A stretch of DNA of 64,000 nt from an uncultured Chromatiales bacterium (GTDB lineage Bacteria; Bacteroidota; Ignavibacteria; SZUA-365): contig CAYUWG010000016.1 in NCBI GenBank assembly GCA_964448285.1, positions 188 through 64,187 on the forward strand. Reading direction: 5' to 3'. Both the position numbers and the translations under genes were made by a program. Below, piece after piece: positions 30,763-41,133 of the stretch (positions within the stretch are counted from its first letter, which is position 1; each line of letters begins with the position of its first letter). The notes beneath the pieces are model-generated. The model saw only the letters and a list, made by a program, of their open reading frames with translations, made no database searches and had not been told where the DNA came from.

Positions 30763-32002
30763 ACGCTCGTTTCATTACGACGATCACTTCGTTTATCCGC
30801 TCGATCGTTATTCCGGGAATCGTTGCGAGAAGTTCTGACACCGGCGCAAGGATGATTTCGTTCGCTGTCGAATATCCGGCGGCCTTGAGTTGATTGACGA
30901 ATTCTTCGCCGAAGTCGGCAACAAATTCATCCAACTCGATCTCGTACTCGTCCATCGTCTGCGTGATCTCGGCACCTTCCTTGATAATCTCAATCCGGTA
31001 ACCGGTCAATTGGGTTGCCAGACGAATGTTCTGTCCGTTGCGTCCGATGGCGAGAGATGCCTGGTCCGGATTGACATGAACTGAAGCCATGCGTCTTTGC
31101 CGATCTACTTTAATGTCCGTCAGTTTAGCCGGCGCAAGGGCACGCTGGATGAATGTCGAAACCTCATCCGTGTAGTTGATCACGTCGATGTTCTCGTTGT
31201 TCAACTCGCGTACGATCGCATGGATGCGCACGCCTTTCATACCGACGCATGCGCCGACTGCATCGATGCGATCGTCGTGGGATTCCACTGCGACTTTCGC
31301 GCGTTCGCCAGGTTCACGTGCGATTTTCCGAATTGTAATGACGCCGTCGTAAACCTCCGGGATTTCGGTCTCGAAAAGCTTCCGCAAGAAAAGAGGATCA
31401 GCTCTCGAAACGATGACCATTGGCAATCCACTGCCCTTTCGCACGACTTCTTTAATGACGCAGCGAATGACGTCCCCTTTGCGATAACGTTCCTTGTTGA
31501 TCTGCTCATTCTTTGGAAGGATGAGCTCCGTTCGGTTGTGGTTAATGAGAACGTCGTTCTTCCGGATCTGATAAACGTCTCCGACGACGATCTCACCGAT
31601 TTTCTCGGAGTACTCGTCGTAGATGAGATCCTTTTCGATCTCCTTGATACGTTGATTCAGGTTTTGCTTTGCCGTGGAGACAAGGCGACGGCCAAACGTT
31701 TCCATCGGAATGACCTCGACAAATTCCTCGCTGACATCGAGGTCTTCGTCCGTTTTTTCCCTGACTTCTTCAATGCTGATTTCCAGTGTCGGATTTTCCA
31801 CCGTTTCGACTACCTGACGGATAAGAAAAATCTCGATATCACCTTTCTCCATATTGACGACAATCTCGAAGTTCGCTTCCAATCCGTATTTCTTTCGAAC
31901 CATCATTCCGAAGATATCCTCGATTACCGAGACGAGCCGATCACGGTCGATTCCCTTCTCGCGAACCATTTGTCCGAATGATTCTACAATTTCGCTGTTC
32001 AT
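30746..32002 (-). CDS. nusA: Transcription termination/antitermination factor NusA
   Basis: 418 aa with S1 and tandem KH domains. Overlaps the infB start by 17 bp. Confidence 0.95.
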   Translation of the reverse strand: MNSEIVESFGQMVREKGIDRDRLVSVIEDIFGMMVRKKYGLEANFEIVVNMEKGDIEIFLIRQVVETVENPTLEISIEEVREKTDEDLDVSEEFVEVIPMETFGRRLVSTAKQNLNQRIKEIEKDLIYDEYSEKIGEIVVGDVYQIRKNDVLINHNRTELILPKNEQINKERYRKGDVIRCVIKEVVRKGSGLPMVIVSRADPLFLRKLFETEIPEVYDGVITIRKIAREPGERAKVAVESHDDRIDAVGACVGMKGVRIHAIVRELNNENIDVINYTDEVSTFIQRALAPAKLTDIKVDRQRRMASVHVNPDQASLAIGRNGQNIRLATQLTGYRIEIIKEGAEITQTMDEYEIELDEFVADFGEEFVNQLKAAGYSTANEIILAPVSELLATIPGITIERINEVIVVMKRAFAEEE

Positions 32003-32036
32003 GTTATTCCTTTAATCTCCATAGCGCATTGCGCTC

Positions 32037-32486
32037 TTAAACTGTGACGATAATATTTGCCTGAATAATGTCCGCGAATGGTATCTCTCGAGTCGATCCA
32101 TCTCGCAGTGCGATAACGACCACAGATTCTTCCACATTTTCAATGCGTCCTTCCAGCTTCCCGAGTGTTCCTGCCAGTTCAAGAGAAACGAGCCTGCCCC
32201 GATGACGCCTGAACTGCCAGAGATGTTTGAGCGGTCTATCCAAACCGGGGGATGAAACCACTAAATGATAGTCGGACTCGGGGAGCTTTGAAGCGAAGAT
32301 TTCATCCAACAACCGGCTGATTTTCGCACAATCATCCGCAGTTATCCCATTCTCAGAATCGACATATGTCTCGATTGTCACTCCTGTATCGTGTGAAGAG
32401 AACTGTACGTCCAACAAGTGAAATCCGGCATTTTCCACCGATTCGTTGATATTCCGGCTGATTATTTCGTGTTCGAGCATGGTCAT
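32037..32486 (-). CDS. rimP: Ribosome maturation factor RimP
   Basis: The ORF-track frame extends to 32642, but RimP-like sequence (LLDVQFSSHDTGVTIETYVDSENGITADDCAKISR) and typical length (~150 aa) support the internal start MTMLEHE at ~32486. Immediately upstream of nusA. Confidence 0.7.
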   Translation of the reverse strand: MTMLEHEIISRNINESVENAGFHLLDVQFSSHDTGVTIETYVDSENGITADDCAKISRLLDEIFASKLPESDYHLVVSSPGLDRPLKHLWQFRRHRGRLVSLELAGTLGKLEGRIENVEESVVVIALRDGSTREIPFADIIQANIIVTV

Positions 32487-32650
32487 ATAAGTAAAAAATG
32501 CGGGTTGCCCCACATCCAAACCTTTCAAATATAGCCTCTCGACGGCTGAAAGGCAATTGAAAGCCTTGCACGATCGGGCGAATAGATCGCGGTTAAACGC
32601 GATTTCTCGAAGAATGTCGATGTGGATGGTATATTGTTCCACCTATCAAT

Positions 32651-33040
32651 TTGGAGACACAAACGATGAAGACAATCACAACTTTCATATGGACAATCGC
32701 GGTCATCGCATGTATCAGCGTCCTCACTTCCACCGCTTCTGCACAACGACAAAACCGCGCGCAATACCTTGAGCGATTGAAGACCGAACTCGCCTTGACT
32801 GACACGCAGTTCGTGCAAGTCAAGGAGATTCTCGACAAAGCACAGGAAGATCTTCGGGCTATGCGCGAGACTTTTATGGGCGACCGGGAAGCGATGACCG
32901 AAGCATTTCGTCAAACGAATGAGGAGTCGAACACAAAGATCAACGCCTTGTTGAACGACGAACAGAAGGAAAAATTCAAGGTGATTCAGGAGGAATTCCG
33001 CTCGCGGATGCGTGAACGCAGAGGCAACCGCGAGAACTGA
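32651..33040 (+). CDS. Periplasmic LTXXQ-motif protein (Spy/CpxP family chaperone-like)
   Basis: Signal peptide MKTITTFIWTIAVIACISVLTSTASAQ. LTDTQ motif and helical KE-rich body. 129 aa. Confidence 0.5.
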   Translation: METQTMKTITTFIWTIAVIACISVLTSTASAQRQNRAQYLERLKTELALTDTQFVQVKEILDKAQEDLRAMRETFMGDREAMTEAFRQTNEESNTKINALLNDEQKEKFKVIQEEFRSRMRERRGNREN

Positions 33041-33147
33041 CCGTTCGCAAGCTCAACCATGCCGGGAAACGCTCGCTGATTCATTCGGCAGACTTCAAGC
33101 TGGTTGGGAGTTTCAACATAATGCCATAGGTTCATGCGGGTTCGTGC

Positions 33148-34032
33148 ATGAGTCTGGCATATACAATAAAAGAAAGCTTCTCCGGATTCCGTCGGAATCG
33201 TTCCAGTACTCTGATCACGATCTTCACCGTCAGCATCGCTTTACTGTTGCTCGGCGTATTCGCAGGGATCACGATGAACTTCAGTTCCGTCGTCAACAGC
33301 ATTCGTGAACGGGTAGAAATAGAAGTCTTCCTCAAGCATGGCCTTTCGGAGAAGCAGCATGAGCAGACGGCGATCGTCTTGCGAAATATCCCTGGTGTGC
33401 TTGAAGTAACCTACATCAGCAAGGAAGAGGCTTTACGCATTTTCCAGAAAGAAGTCGGCGAGGATTTTTCCGATCTGCTTGAAGACAACCCCCTCCCAGC
33501 ATCGTTCCGTGTTCGGTTAAGCGAAGGCTACAACAACAGCGACAGCGCCCGCGTCATCGTTTCTACCGCAGAAAAAATCAAGACCGCAGAGAGCGTCGTG
33601 TACCGGAAGCAATTTTTAGAGTTGATCGATAAACGTGCACGCGCATTCCGGCTTGCAACCTTGTTCGTTGGGATCGTTCTCGCTCTTTCCGCAGTGATTC
33701 TCGTCGCCAACACCATCCGCCTTACGATCTATGCGAAACGCGAGCTGATCCGAACCATGAAACTTGTCGGTGCGACCCCGACCTTTATTCGTCTTCCCTT
33801 CGTCATCGAAGGAATGTGGCACGGCTTGATCGGCGGCATCCTCGCATCGATTCTCATTGCCGTTGCATTCGGTTTCTTCATTCAGCCGCTTTCAGAAGAT
33901 CTTCTCGTGCACATCAGTATCGGCCTTCCTTTTTTTCTTTTTCTCATTCTTGGCGGACTTCTCCTCGGATTGCTTGGAAGCATCGTTTCCGTGCGACGAT
34001 TTCTTCGGGAAGCCGTCGTCACTCAATCTTGA
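33148..34032 (+). CDS. ftsX: Cell division protein FtsX (permease-like)
   Basis: N-terminal TM, periplasmic loop and three C-terminal TM helices (FtsX/MacB-type). 294 aa. No ftsE upstream in this window. Confidence 0.7.
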   Translation: MSLAYTIKESFSGFRRNRSSTLITIFTVSIALLLLGVFAGITMNFSSVVNSIRERVEIEVFLKHGLSEKQHEQTAIVLRNIPGVLEVTYISKEEALRIFQKEVGEDFSDLLEDNPLPASFRVRLSEGYNNSDSARVIVSTAEKIKTAESVVYRKQFLELIDKRARAFRLATLFVGIVLALSAVILVANTIRLTIYAKRELIRTMKLVGATPTFIRLPFVIEGMWHGLIGGILASILIAVAFGFFIQPLSEDLLVHISIGLPFFLFLILGGLLLGLLGSIVSVRRFLREAVVTQS

Positions 34033-34035
34033 TGC

Positions 34036-34809
34036 ATGAGCAAGAATACGCTGTATCCTTTCCATCTCACACCCGGCGGGCCGGCGCTCGTTCGAGACAT
34101 TGTAAAGCAAGCCGGTATCGACAGCGCTGATCCCGCACTCAATACTCTCACCATTGGGTCGCGATACGGCGAACATGCAATCGCGCTTGCGGAAATCATT
34201 CAGGGACAAGTGCTGGCGATCGAGGAGGATCCTGAAGCTGTCTCTTATGCGAAGATGGCCATCACGCAATCCGGATTGGCCTCACGTGTCCGAACGCGAT
34301 TTGCCTCGCCGCTTTCGCTGGCCGTTCCACCCGCTTCATTCGATATGGTTCTGTTGGAAGGAATCCTCTCTGCATATCCGAGGCACAAGGCTATGAGGCA
34401 GGCATTGCAGACGCTGAAAAATGGTGGCGTCATCGCGATTTCGGATTCTTATTGGCGAGTGGACGAGGTACCAACATTCGTTCGCGACGTGTGGGAGTCA
34501 GCGAATCAGAAGATCGCGACGAAACAGGACATACTCGACTTGATGGACGCGTTCGGTTTGGATTTGATCATGCTCGAAGATCGCTCTTCAGTTCTTTCGC
34601 CCTTCTATGAACAGTTCACCGGCGAAGTGAAAGGCATCGTGAAGGCCGGTTTCGAAGGCATGAAGCACCAGAAGACTCTGGTTAAACATTATAAGCACGA
34701 GATAGACGTGTATCTGAAACACGGGGGAAGGAAATGGATGGGATACTTCGTTGCAGTTGCAAAGAAGCAGGTGAACGCCCGTTCAAATAACGCTGGTGAG
34801 CTTCCTTGA
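34036..34809 (+). CDS. Class I SAM-dependent methyltransferase
   Basis: Rossmann-like motif LTIGSRYGEHAIALAE ... acidic loop. 257 aa. Confidence 0.45.
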   Translation: MSKNTLYPFHLTPGGPALVRDIVKQAGIDSADPALNTLTIGSRYGEHAIALAEIIQGQVLAIEEDPEAVSYAKMAITQSGLASRVRTRFASPLSLAVPPASFDMVLLEGILSAYPRHKAMRQALQTLKNGGVIAISDSYWRVDEVPTFVRDVWESANQKIATKQDILDLMDAFGLDLIMLEDRSSVLSPFYEQFTGEVKGIVKAGFEGMKHQKTLVKHYKHEIDVYLKHGGRKWMGYFVAVAKKQVNARSNNAGELP

Positions 34810-35406
34810 AAGATATTCGACGAGAACCTCAAGCGCCTTTTCATTCTCTCCGCCATTCGGCACGATGATGTCAGCATGCTTGCGACTCGGCGCAACGAAC
34901 TCCTCGAACATCGGCAGGACACTCGTTCGGAATTGCTCACGAACAGATTCCTCTGAACGTCCACGCTTTGCAACATCGCGAATGATGCGGCGCCGCAGGC
35001 AGGTCTCCACGTCTGCATTGACATAGATTCGCAGGTCCATCTCGTCACGGAGAATTTTCTCGTGAAGGATGAGTATTCCTTCGACGAGTATCACCGCTGC
35101 GGAATGAACTTCACGAGTTTCCGCTCTCCTCCTGTGTGTCGCGAAATCGTAGATCGGTTGGAAAATCGTTTCACCACACTTGAGCTTGCGCAAGTGATCC
35201 GCACAAAGCACTGTTTCGAGGGACGACGGATGATCGTAATTGATTGCCGCTGGATCGCGACTCGGCATCTGTTCGAGATCGAAGTAATACGCATCGTGCT
35301 GGAAGAGAAGAACGTTGCTCTTCCGAAGTCTTTCCACGATGTGATGAGCAAGCGTGGTCTTCCCCGATCCGCTTCCACCCGCTATTCCGACGACAATAGG
35401 CTTCAT
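34783..35406 (-). CDS. udk: Uridine kinase
   Basis: Start taken at internal MKPIVVGIAGGSGSGKTTLA (P-loop), ~207 aa. The 5' extension in the ORF track is non-homologous. Confidence 0.85.
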   Translation of the reverse strand: MKPIVVGIAGGSGSGKTTLAHHIVERLRKSNVLLFQHDAYYFDLEQMPSRDPAAINYDHPSSLETVLCADHLRKLKCGETIFQPIYDFATHRRRAETREVHSAAVILVEGILILHEKILRDEMDLRIYVNADVETCLRRRIIRDVAKRGRSEESVREQFRTSVLPMFEEFVAPSRKHADIIVPNGGENEKALEVLVEYLSRKLTSVI

Positions 35407-35631
35407 AACGTCAATATAAATCACCGAAACGAGTCGTGAATGCCGTGGCTCTTCGAACATTCGCATTGAGGCATACTCCGCGGGGATTTTGAGCGTAACC
35501 AAATTTCTCCAAACGTGTCTTACCTCTGAGCGTTCTGCTCGTGACTGATTGAAAAAGCATCTTCTCAATACGGTACCTTGAAAAAAGCCGTCATTCATTT
35601 TCCGGGATACACTTCTTCGATGGAGGTTGCG

Positions 35632-37128
35632 ATGATTCATTGCTCCAAACTGCTTCCGGTCATGCTTATGCTTGCACAATCGTTGCTTTCACAGGAAGCA
35701 TCCAAAACAACCGGCATAAAGACAAACGATCAATACTGCACCTTCACGCCAAATAATCTCTCGATCGTTCTTTCAAACAACGGGGCTAAGGCCAATTCAC
35801 GGGCAACCGGCGGTGGTCCGGGATTAGAGTGGCCTGCGGGTTCAGGAAAGTACGTGGGCTTTCAACTTGGGACTGTTTGGACAGGCCTGGTAGAGAGACT
35901 CGTTCACACGGGCGGTTCTCCATTCCACGCGGGTCTTCAGGCTGGAACAATTAAAAGCGATGGGAAGGCTTCCGATCCATCCGATCCACGATTCCGTATC
36001 TATCATATCAAACGGGGAGACACGACATCCATCGATTACATTCAATGGCCTGCGAAAGACGGCGCACCTACGAATAAAGAAGGAAGGCCTCTCCTCTTTG
36101 GTGACGAGCAAGTTTGGTACGTCATGAATGACCTCGACTTCAATCGTACAATGAATGTAGAAAGTACGGCGCCCATCGGTATTGAATGTCATGTTTTAGC
36201 ATGGGGAGTTCGTAATGGACTATTGAATGACGTTCTCTTCTTCCGCGAGAAGCTGATAAACAGAAGCGACAAAGAGGTCGAATTCTTCCGTCGAGGGCTG
36301 TATGTCGATTTTGATATTGGAGAAATCGATAACGATATGGCGTCGATAGATACCGGTCTTGGCATTCTTTACACCTACAACGCAACAACCCGTGACAGTG
36401 TGTACTCGATCTCACCCGCAGCGGGGCTCTTGCTACTCAATCCCTACATAGTTAATGCGTGTGTTATTGATCTTCGCAGTTATATCTCAACATCGTGGCC
36501 ATCAATAGTGCACGCGAAATTCTTGCATATGCTGCAAGGATTATATCGGGATGGGTATCCCATAGTCAATCCTCTTACGAGTCAGAACACTCTGTATTCA
36601 TTCTCAGGCAATCCACTCACCGGTGAAGGTTGGTTAATGGCAAAAGGTGATGAAGTTCGCTCCGTGTTGAGTGTCTCACCGAAATCTTTCAAACCGAATG
36701 ACACACTTGAACTCGAATATGCCATTATTGTTGGACAAGCATCGGACAATATTCAGAGCGTGAAAAAGGTCCAGCATATCGCGAAGGTGATCCGAACCAT
36801 ATATGGTATCACAACGACGACTGTTGGAAATCAGGTCGAAGTTCCAAATACCATTCACCTTGAATCACCATACCCTAACCCCATCCAATTGGGGTCAGCA
36901 ATACCGGTTACGATCCGATACGGCACACCGGAATCCACTACTCTGCGTTTGGAGTTATATGACAATCTCGGGAGATTGGTCGAAAGATTTGCAGAGAACG
37001 ATGTTCACGCAGGAATGCAGTCCTTGTACTACTTTCCAAATGAATCGCTCACAACAGGGGTTTACCATCTTGTCCTCAGGACCTATAATCAGGTCAGCAG
37101 GCGGCCTCTTATCATCACACGGTTTTAA
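35632..37128 (+). CDS. Secreted T9SS cargo protein, paralog A (uncharacterised N-terminal domain + T9SS CTD)
   Basis: Signal peptide MIHCSKLLPVMLMLAQSLLSQ. The ORF track starts at 35578. N-terminal region KTNDQYCTF...FGDEQVWYVMNDLDFNRT is homologous to the start of the next gene. C-terminal LYDNLGRLVERF...GVYHLVLR is a T9SS CTD. Confidence 0.65.
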   Translation: MIHCSKLLPVMLMLAQSLLSQEASKTTGIKTNDQYCTFTPNNLSIVLSNNGAKANSRATGGGPGLEWPAGSGKYVGFQLGTVWTGLVERLVHTGGSPFHAGLQAGTIKSDGKASDPSDPRFRIYHIKRGDTTSIDYIQWPAKDGAPTNKEGRPLLFGDEQVWYVMNDLDFNRTMNVESTAPIGIECHVLAWGVRNGLLNDVLFFREKLINRSDKEVEFFRRGLYVDFDIGEIDNDMASIDTGLGILYTYNATTRDSVYSISPAAGLLLLNPYIVNACVIDLRSYISTSWPSIVHAKFLHMLQGLYRDGYPIVNPLTSQNTLYSFSGNPLTGEGWLMAKGDEVRSVLSVSPKSFKPNDTLELEYAIIVGQASDNIQSVKKVQHIAKVIRTIYGITTTTVGNQVEVPNTIHLESPYPNPIQLGSAIPVTIRYGTPESTTLRLELYDNLGRLVERFAENDVHAGMQSLYYFPNESLTTGVYHLVLRTYNQVSRRPLIITRF

Positions 37129-37132
37129 CACA

Positions 37133-40100
37133 ATGAAAACATACTGCATTACCATAGCAATCCTATTCCTTATTTGCTCGCATCGGTTGATATCTCAGGA
37201 TAACTCGGTACCGAAGCTCAGTTCAACTCCGACAAAGATACAGACGAACGATCAATACGATTTCATCAGTGTGAACAATGTCCTAATGTGGCTTGCAAAC
37301 AACGGGAACATGTGCTACAATCCTACGAAGTCAGGCAATGGATTCATCTGGCCAAAGGAAAGCGGCCTCTCTCTCATCTTCGAAGATGGCCTTGTATGGG
37401 GAGGCTCGACCAATGGTAAAGTGTATGCCGGCGGTTCAACCTATCGTCAAGGATTGCAGGCAGGGAAAATCCTCCCAAACATCGAAGCCGCTGACCCAAC
37501 GGATCCGGGCTATCGAATCTACAAAGTCAGGAAAGTTGACGCCATTGAGTACGCTCTAATGAGCGAGACGGAAAGAGAGCGCTTGAAGAAGGATTTTATC
37601 GATTGGCCGGTAAACGATGGAGCACGTTTTATCGACTCAAATCACAATGGCCGTTACGATCCGGATTTCAACTTATGGCTGAGCGATTCTACGCGCTCGG
37701 ACAAACCATGGTTCATCGGAGATGAAGTTCTATGGTTTGTCATGAATGACCTCGACTCTGCACGAACAAGGAATCTCTATGGTTCCGAACCATTCGGCGT
37801 GGAAGTACAGACTATGCTATGGGCGTACAGCAGGCCTGGCGTCTTAAACAATACGGTCTTTGTGAAGCACACGCTCATCAATGAAGGCTGGTATGACTTC
37901 GAGAGGATGTACCTCGGCCTATGGGTAGATCCTGATCTTGGTGATGCGGGCGATGATTTTGTAGGGATCGATACGCTGTTACAAATCGCATATACATACA
38001 ATGGACTCCCACGCGATGATGTTTACGGCATCCCACCTGCCATGGGGAATATCTTACTGCAAGGCCCAACTGTCCACGACGCGAATTCCTTTGGCACTGT
38101 GAACTTCGAGAAAAGGCGTTGGTTGAGGAATCTACCGTTCACGTCATTCATTCTATTTGGTCCGGGCGGAGATGCCGTTTATTCGGATCCCCCATTAGGA
38201 AATTATCAGGGAACATCGGCGTTGTTCAATAATCTTCAAGGTTTCCTATGGAATGGTACACCATTCATTGATCCAACAAACAATATTGTTACGAAGTATG
38301 CTCTTGCGGGAAATCCAATAAGCCGAACAGGTTGGATTGATGGTATAATTCATGCGCCTAGTGATCGTAGATACATGGCATGCATTGGGCCTTTCATTTT
38401 CAATCGAGGTGATACTCAAGAAGTGATTTACGCCAAGTCCGCCACGATCGGTCACGGCAGACTTGAAAGCGTTATTGAATTGAAAAAGGCTGCTCGATCC
38501 CTGCATTCTCTCGCAAGATCGATTTACGACCTTTCATCAATACCTACGCATACGATTGACGTATCCTATCCCGACACTTTAAGTGCAAGAATCTTACTGA
38601 ACGTTACTGCCATCAATGCGTCTTCTATCGAGGGCGTCGTGCGTTCCAGAGAAGGTAAAGATATAGCTCGGTTTCGACTCTATGACGATGGACAACACGG
38701 AGATAGTCTCGCAGGAGACTTTCACTTTGCAGGTGAGTGGGAAACAACAAGGCAGCGAGAAGGCGTGGATTGTTATTTCGTTGTCGATAAAGGGAGCGAG
38801 CGAGAAAATGAGTGGTTTGCCGGTGAGTGCCTCCCACTGAGCGGAATCGTGCAAGTCACTCTCGATAATGTCGAATCGGATCATCTGAACTATGACAATG
38901 TCGCCAATCCCAGTGAGAATATTCGTATTTCAGTCCGAATGGAAAACAAAACATCATTCACCATTGGGCCATTGGAAATCTGGTCACAGGGTTTCGCGCC
39001 TGGTACGCCGGAATTGATCGTATTCCGTGATTCTATCAATGTGAGCAGCAGCAGCCTTCTGCCATATGATCCTAAGAATCCCTCAACGTATTTCTCTTTC
39101 GATGTTCCGTCGAATGCTATCCATGACCAAAGATTTCTCTTACCGGTTTCCGTCAGAGATTCATACAATAATCGCTGGTATGATTCTCTGATGCTGACTG
39201 TAAAGGATTACGTGACACCGCCTGTCGATTCACTCGCTATCCATGTGGCCGGTGATGGTTATGGTTCGCTCGGCTGGCGAGTCTCCGACCGTATGTCGCT
39301 TCGAGATCATACCTATCGCATCACCGTACAAGGCAGTGATGATGAAGATAAGAGCGTTTCCATCCATAACCTCAATACTCAACAGACTCTTCTCGCGAGG
39401 TACCCGTTACCGGATATTTATGCTCATGATATGCCGAGTATCGAAGGTTGGAGGTTGAACCTTGGGACAGTATTTCATACGCGCATAGTTCCGGATGAAT
39501 CAGTTTACGGCTCCGTCGTGAGTTCATACTTTCCGCAAGAGCGACTATGGCTCAACGCAGTCGTTAATTGGGAACTTGGTCAGCTCTTCTTTGGCAGTAA
39601 ACTCGGAATCTTCGATGCTGTCCCAATAAAGCTCGTGTTCGATCGTAATGGACAAAAAGCGTACAACTACCTGCGTGGTGGTAACCCGAATTATGGCTAC
39701 CAGGGATACTATGACGTTTCAATTCGTGCCTATGACATCAGTGATTCACTGAATCCACGCCAGGTGAATCTTGCGTTCGTTGAACAAATTGGTAGTTCTC
39801 AACACAATCACTATTGGGATCCTGCTTTTCTTGGGGATCGCGAGTATCTCTTCGTTTTCAACTCGTCCTATCTGGAAACACCAGATCCCTTTTATACATC
39901 GAAACGTATTCTCGCTGACGCCGGTGCGATGGACATCCTCTACTCAGGATGGTTTTATAAGAAGATATCTTCATCGACCTTTGTCGATGGCGATTACTTC
40001 CTCATCCTTCCAAAAATTCCGATCAGTACGCGTGACACTTTCCTCGTTAATCCACTTGGAATGGTCAATGGCGTTTCCAATGAATTCGTCCCTCATCGTG

Positions 40101-40357
40101 TGAACCTGAGCGCTCATCCGAATCCGATCGTTTCTGAATCGATGATAAGCTTTACATTGAGTGAGCATGGCTTTACATCCCTGCGCTTAGTCGATATCCT
40201 TGGGAGGCCAATCGCTACTCTCGTATCATCGTCGCTCGATCCCGGGCAATACAACGTCGTATTGAGTGCAGAAGCCTTGCCATCGAGCGGGACTTTCTAC
40301 GCTATTCTTACATTTAAGAATATCAAGAGCTTCATCGCAATACAAGCATTGAAGTGA
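37133..40357 (+). CDS. Secreted T9SS cargo protein, paralog B (1074 aa; same N-terminal family, long beta-rich middle, T9SS CTD)
   Basis: Start at MKTYCITIAILFLICSHRLISQ, 5 bp after the previous stop. The ORF-track 5' extension overlaps gene A. Homology to A: IQTNDQYDFISVNN..., FIGDEVLWFVMNDLDSART. CTD: NPIVSESMISFTLSEHGFTSLRLVDILGRPIATL...GTFYAILT. Confidence 0.7.
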   Translation: MKTYCITIAILFLICSHRLISQDNSVPKLSSTPTKIQTNDQYDFISVNNVLMWLANNGNMCYNPTKSGNGFIWPKESGLSLIFEDGLVWGGSTNGKVYAGGSTYRQGLQAGKILPNIEAADPTDPGYRIYKVRKVDAIEYALMSETERERLKKDFIDWPVNDGARFIDSNHNGRYDPDFNLWLSDSTRSDKPWFIGDEVLWFVMNDLDSARTRNLYGSEPFGVEVQTMLWAYSRPGVLNNTVFVKHTLINEGWYDFERMYLGLWVDPDLGDAGDDFVGIDTLLQIAYTYNGLPRDDVYGIPPAMGNILLQGPTVHDANSFGTVNFEKRRWLRNLPFTSFILFGPGGDAVYSDPPLGNYQGTSALFNNLQGFLWNGTPFIDPTNNIVTKYALAGNPISRTGWIDGIIHAPSDRRYMACIGPFIFNRGDTQEVIYAKSATIGHGRLESVIELKKAARSLHSLARSIYDLSSIPTHTIDVSYPDTLSARILLNVTAINASSIEGVVRSREGKDIARFRLYDDGQHGDSLAGDFHFAGEWETTRQREGVDCYFVVDKGSERENEWFAGECLPLSGIVQVTLDNVESDHLNYDNVANPSENIRISVRMENKTSFTIGPLEIWSQGFAPGTPELIVFRDSINVSSSSLLPYDPKNPSTYFSFDVPSNAIHDQRFLLPVSVRDSYNNRWYDSLMLTVKDYVTPPVDSLAIHVAGDGYGSLGWRVSDRMSLRDHTYRITVQGSDDEDKSVSIHNLNTQQTLLARYPLPDIYAHDMPSIEGWRLNLGTVFHTRIVPDESVYGSVVSSYFPQERLWLNAVVNWELGQLFFGSKLGIFDAVPIKLVFDRNGQKAYNYLRGGNPNYGYQGYYDVSIRAYDISDSLNPRQVNLAFVEQIGSSQHNHYWDPAFLGDREYLFVFNSSYLETPDPFYTSKRILADAGAMDILYSGWFYKKISSSTFVDGDYFLILPKIPISTRDTFLVNPLGMVNGVSNEFVPHRVNLSAHPNPIVSESMISFTLSEHGFTSLRLVDILGRPIATLVSSSLDPGQYNVVLSAEALPSSGTFYAILTFKNIKSFIAIQALK

Positions 40358-40896
40358 GACACATCGCACTAAGGGAATATCTCTTCATTTTCAAGTCGTC
40401 GTATTCTCAGACACCACAATCAATCTACACATCGAAATCGTTGATGGCGGATGCATCGACGATGGACATCATGTACGGGGGATGGTACTATGCACAAGAA
40501 GCGAAAACATTCCACAATGAGGATGAACTGTACATCCGGCCAGTGATACCAGTGACAAAGCGCGATACATTCTATCTGAACCCCAAGCAGGCGTTCGATC
40601 AGCATTTTGCCGAACTGTTACCTTCTACTGTTGCTATCAATGCACTTTATCCGAATCCGATCACGAATAATGGAATCTTCACGGTTCGCCTTACAATAGG
40701 CGAGCGACAGAGTATTCGCACGACTTTATTTGACGTCTTCGGGAGAGTTATCGGTAAACTGTTCGATAAGGAACTTGACCGCGGATCGTGGTCGATTCGA
40801 TCGAGGCTCCCGACTCATACCTCCTCCGGTATTTATCTCCTTCAGATTTCGACCGCGAGGAAGAACATTATTGTGAAAGTCACAGTCACTCGATGA
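40354..40896 (+). pseudogene. Orphan 3' fragment: diverged duplicate of the C-terminal ~180 aa (including the T9SS CTD) of the preceding gene, frameshifted relative to it, GTG-initiated ORF
   Basis: REYLFIFKSSYSQTPQSIYTSKSLMADASTMDIMYGGWYY...RDTFYLNPK aligns with parent residues REYLFVFNSSYLETPDPFYTSKRILADAGAMDILYSGWFY...RDTFLVNPL. NPITNNGIFTVRL...GIYLLQIS is a CTD. No signal peptide or N-terminal domain. Confidence 0.55.
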
Positions 40897-40934
40897 CCAG
40901 AAAAGAGAAAGCCCGACAACCTGTCGGACTTTTG

Positions 40935-41018
40935 TGCCTGGAACAGGAGTCGAACCTGCACGCCCTTACGGACACTACACCCTGAATGTAGCGCGTCTGC
41001 CAATTCCGCCATCCAGGC
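40935..41018 (-). tRNA. tRNA-Leu (anticodon CAG), type II with long variable arm
   Basis: Reverse complement reads GCCTGGATGGCGGAATTGGCAGACGCGCTACATTCAGGGTGTAGTGTCCGTAAGGGCGTGCAGGTTCGACTCCTGTTCCAGGCA. 7-bp acceptor stem, anticodon loop TTCAGGG (CAG), TPsiC GGTTCGACTCC. CCA not encoded. Coordinates +/-2. Confidence 0.85.
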
Positions 41019-41133
41019 AAGGCAAGAGCAAATTATCGGCGTCAAGGTGCAAAACCAAATCCACAGCAACGGAGTGCGGAACAAAAAACCTGCAAGCGAT
41101 GAACCAAAACAGGCAGTAGTTTGACAAACAACA

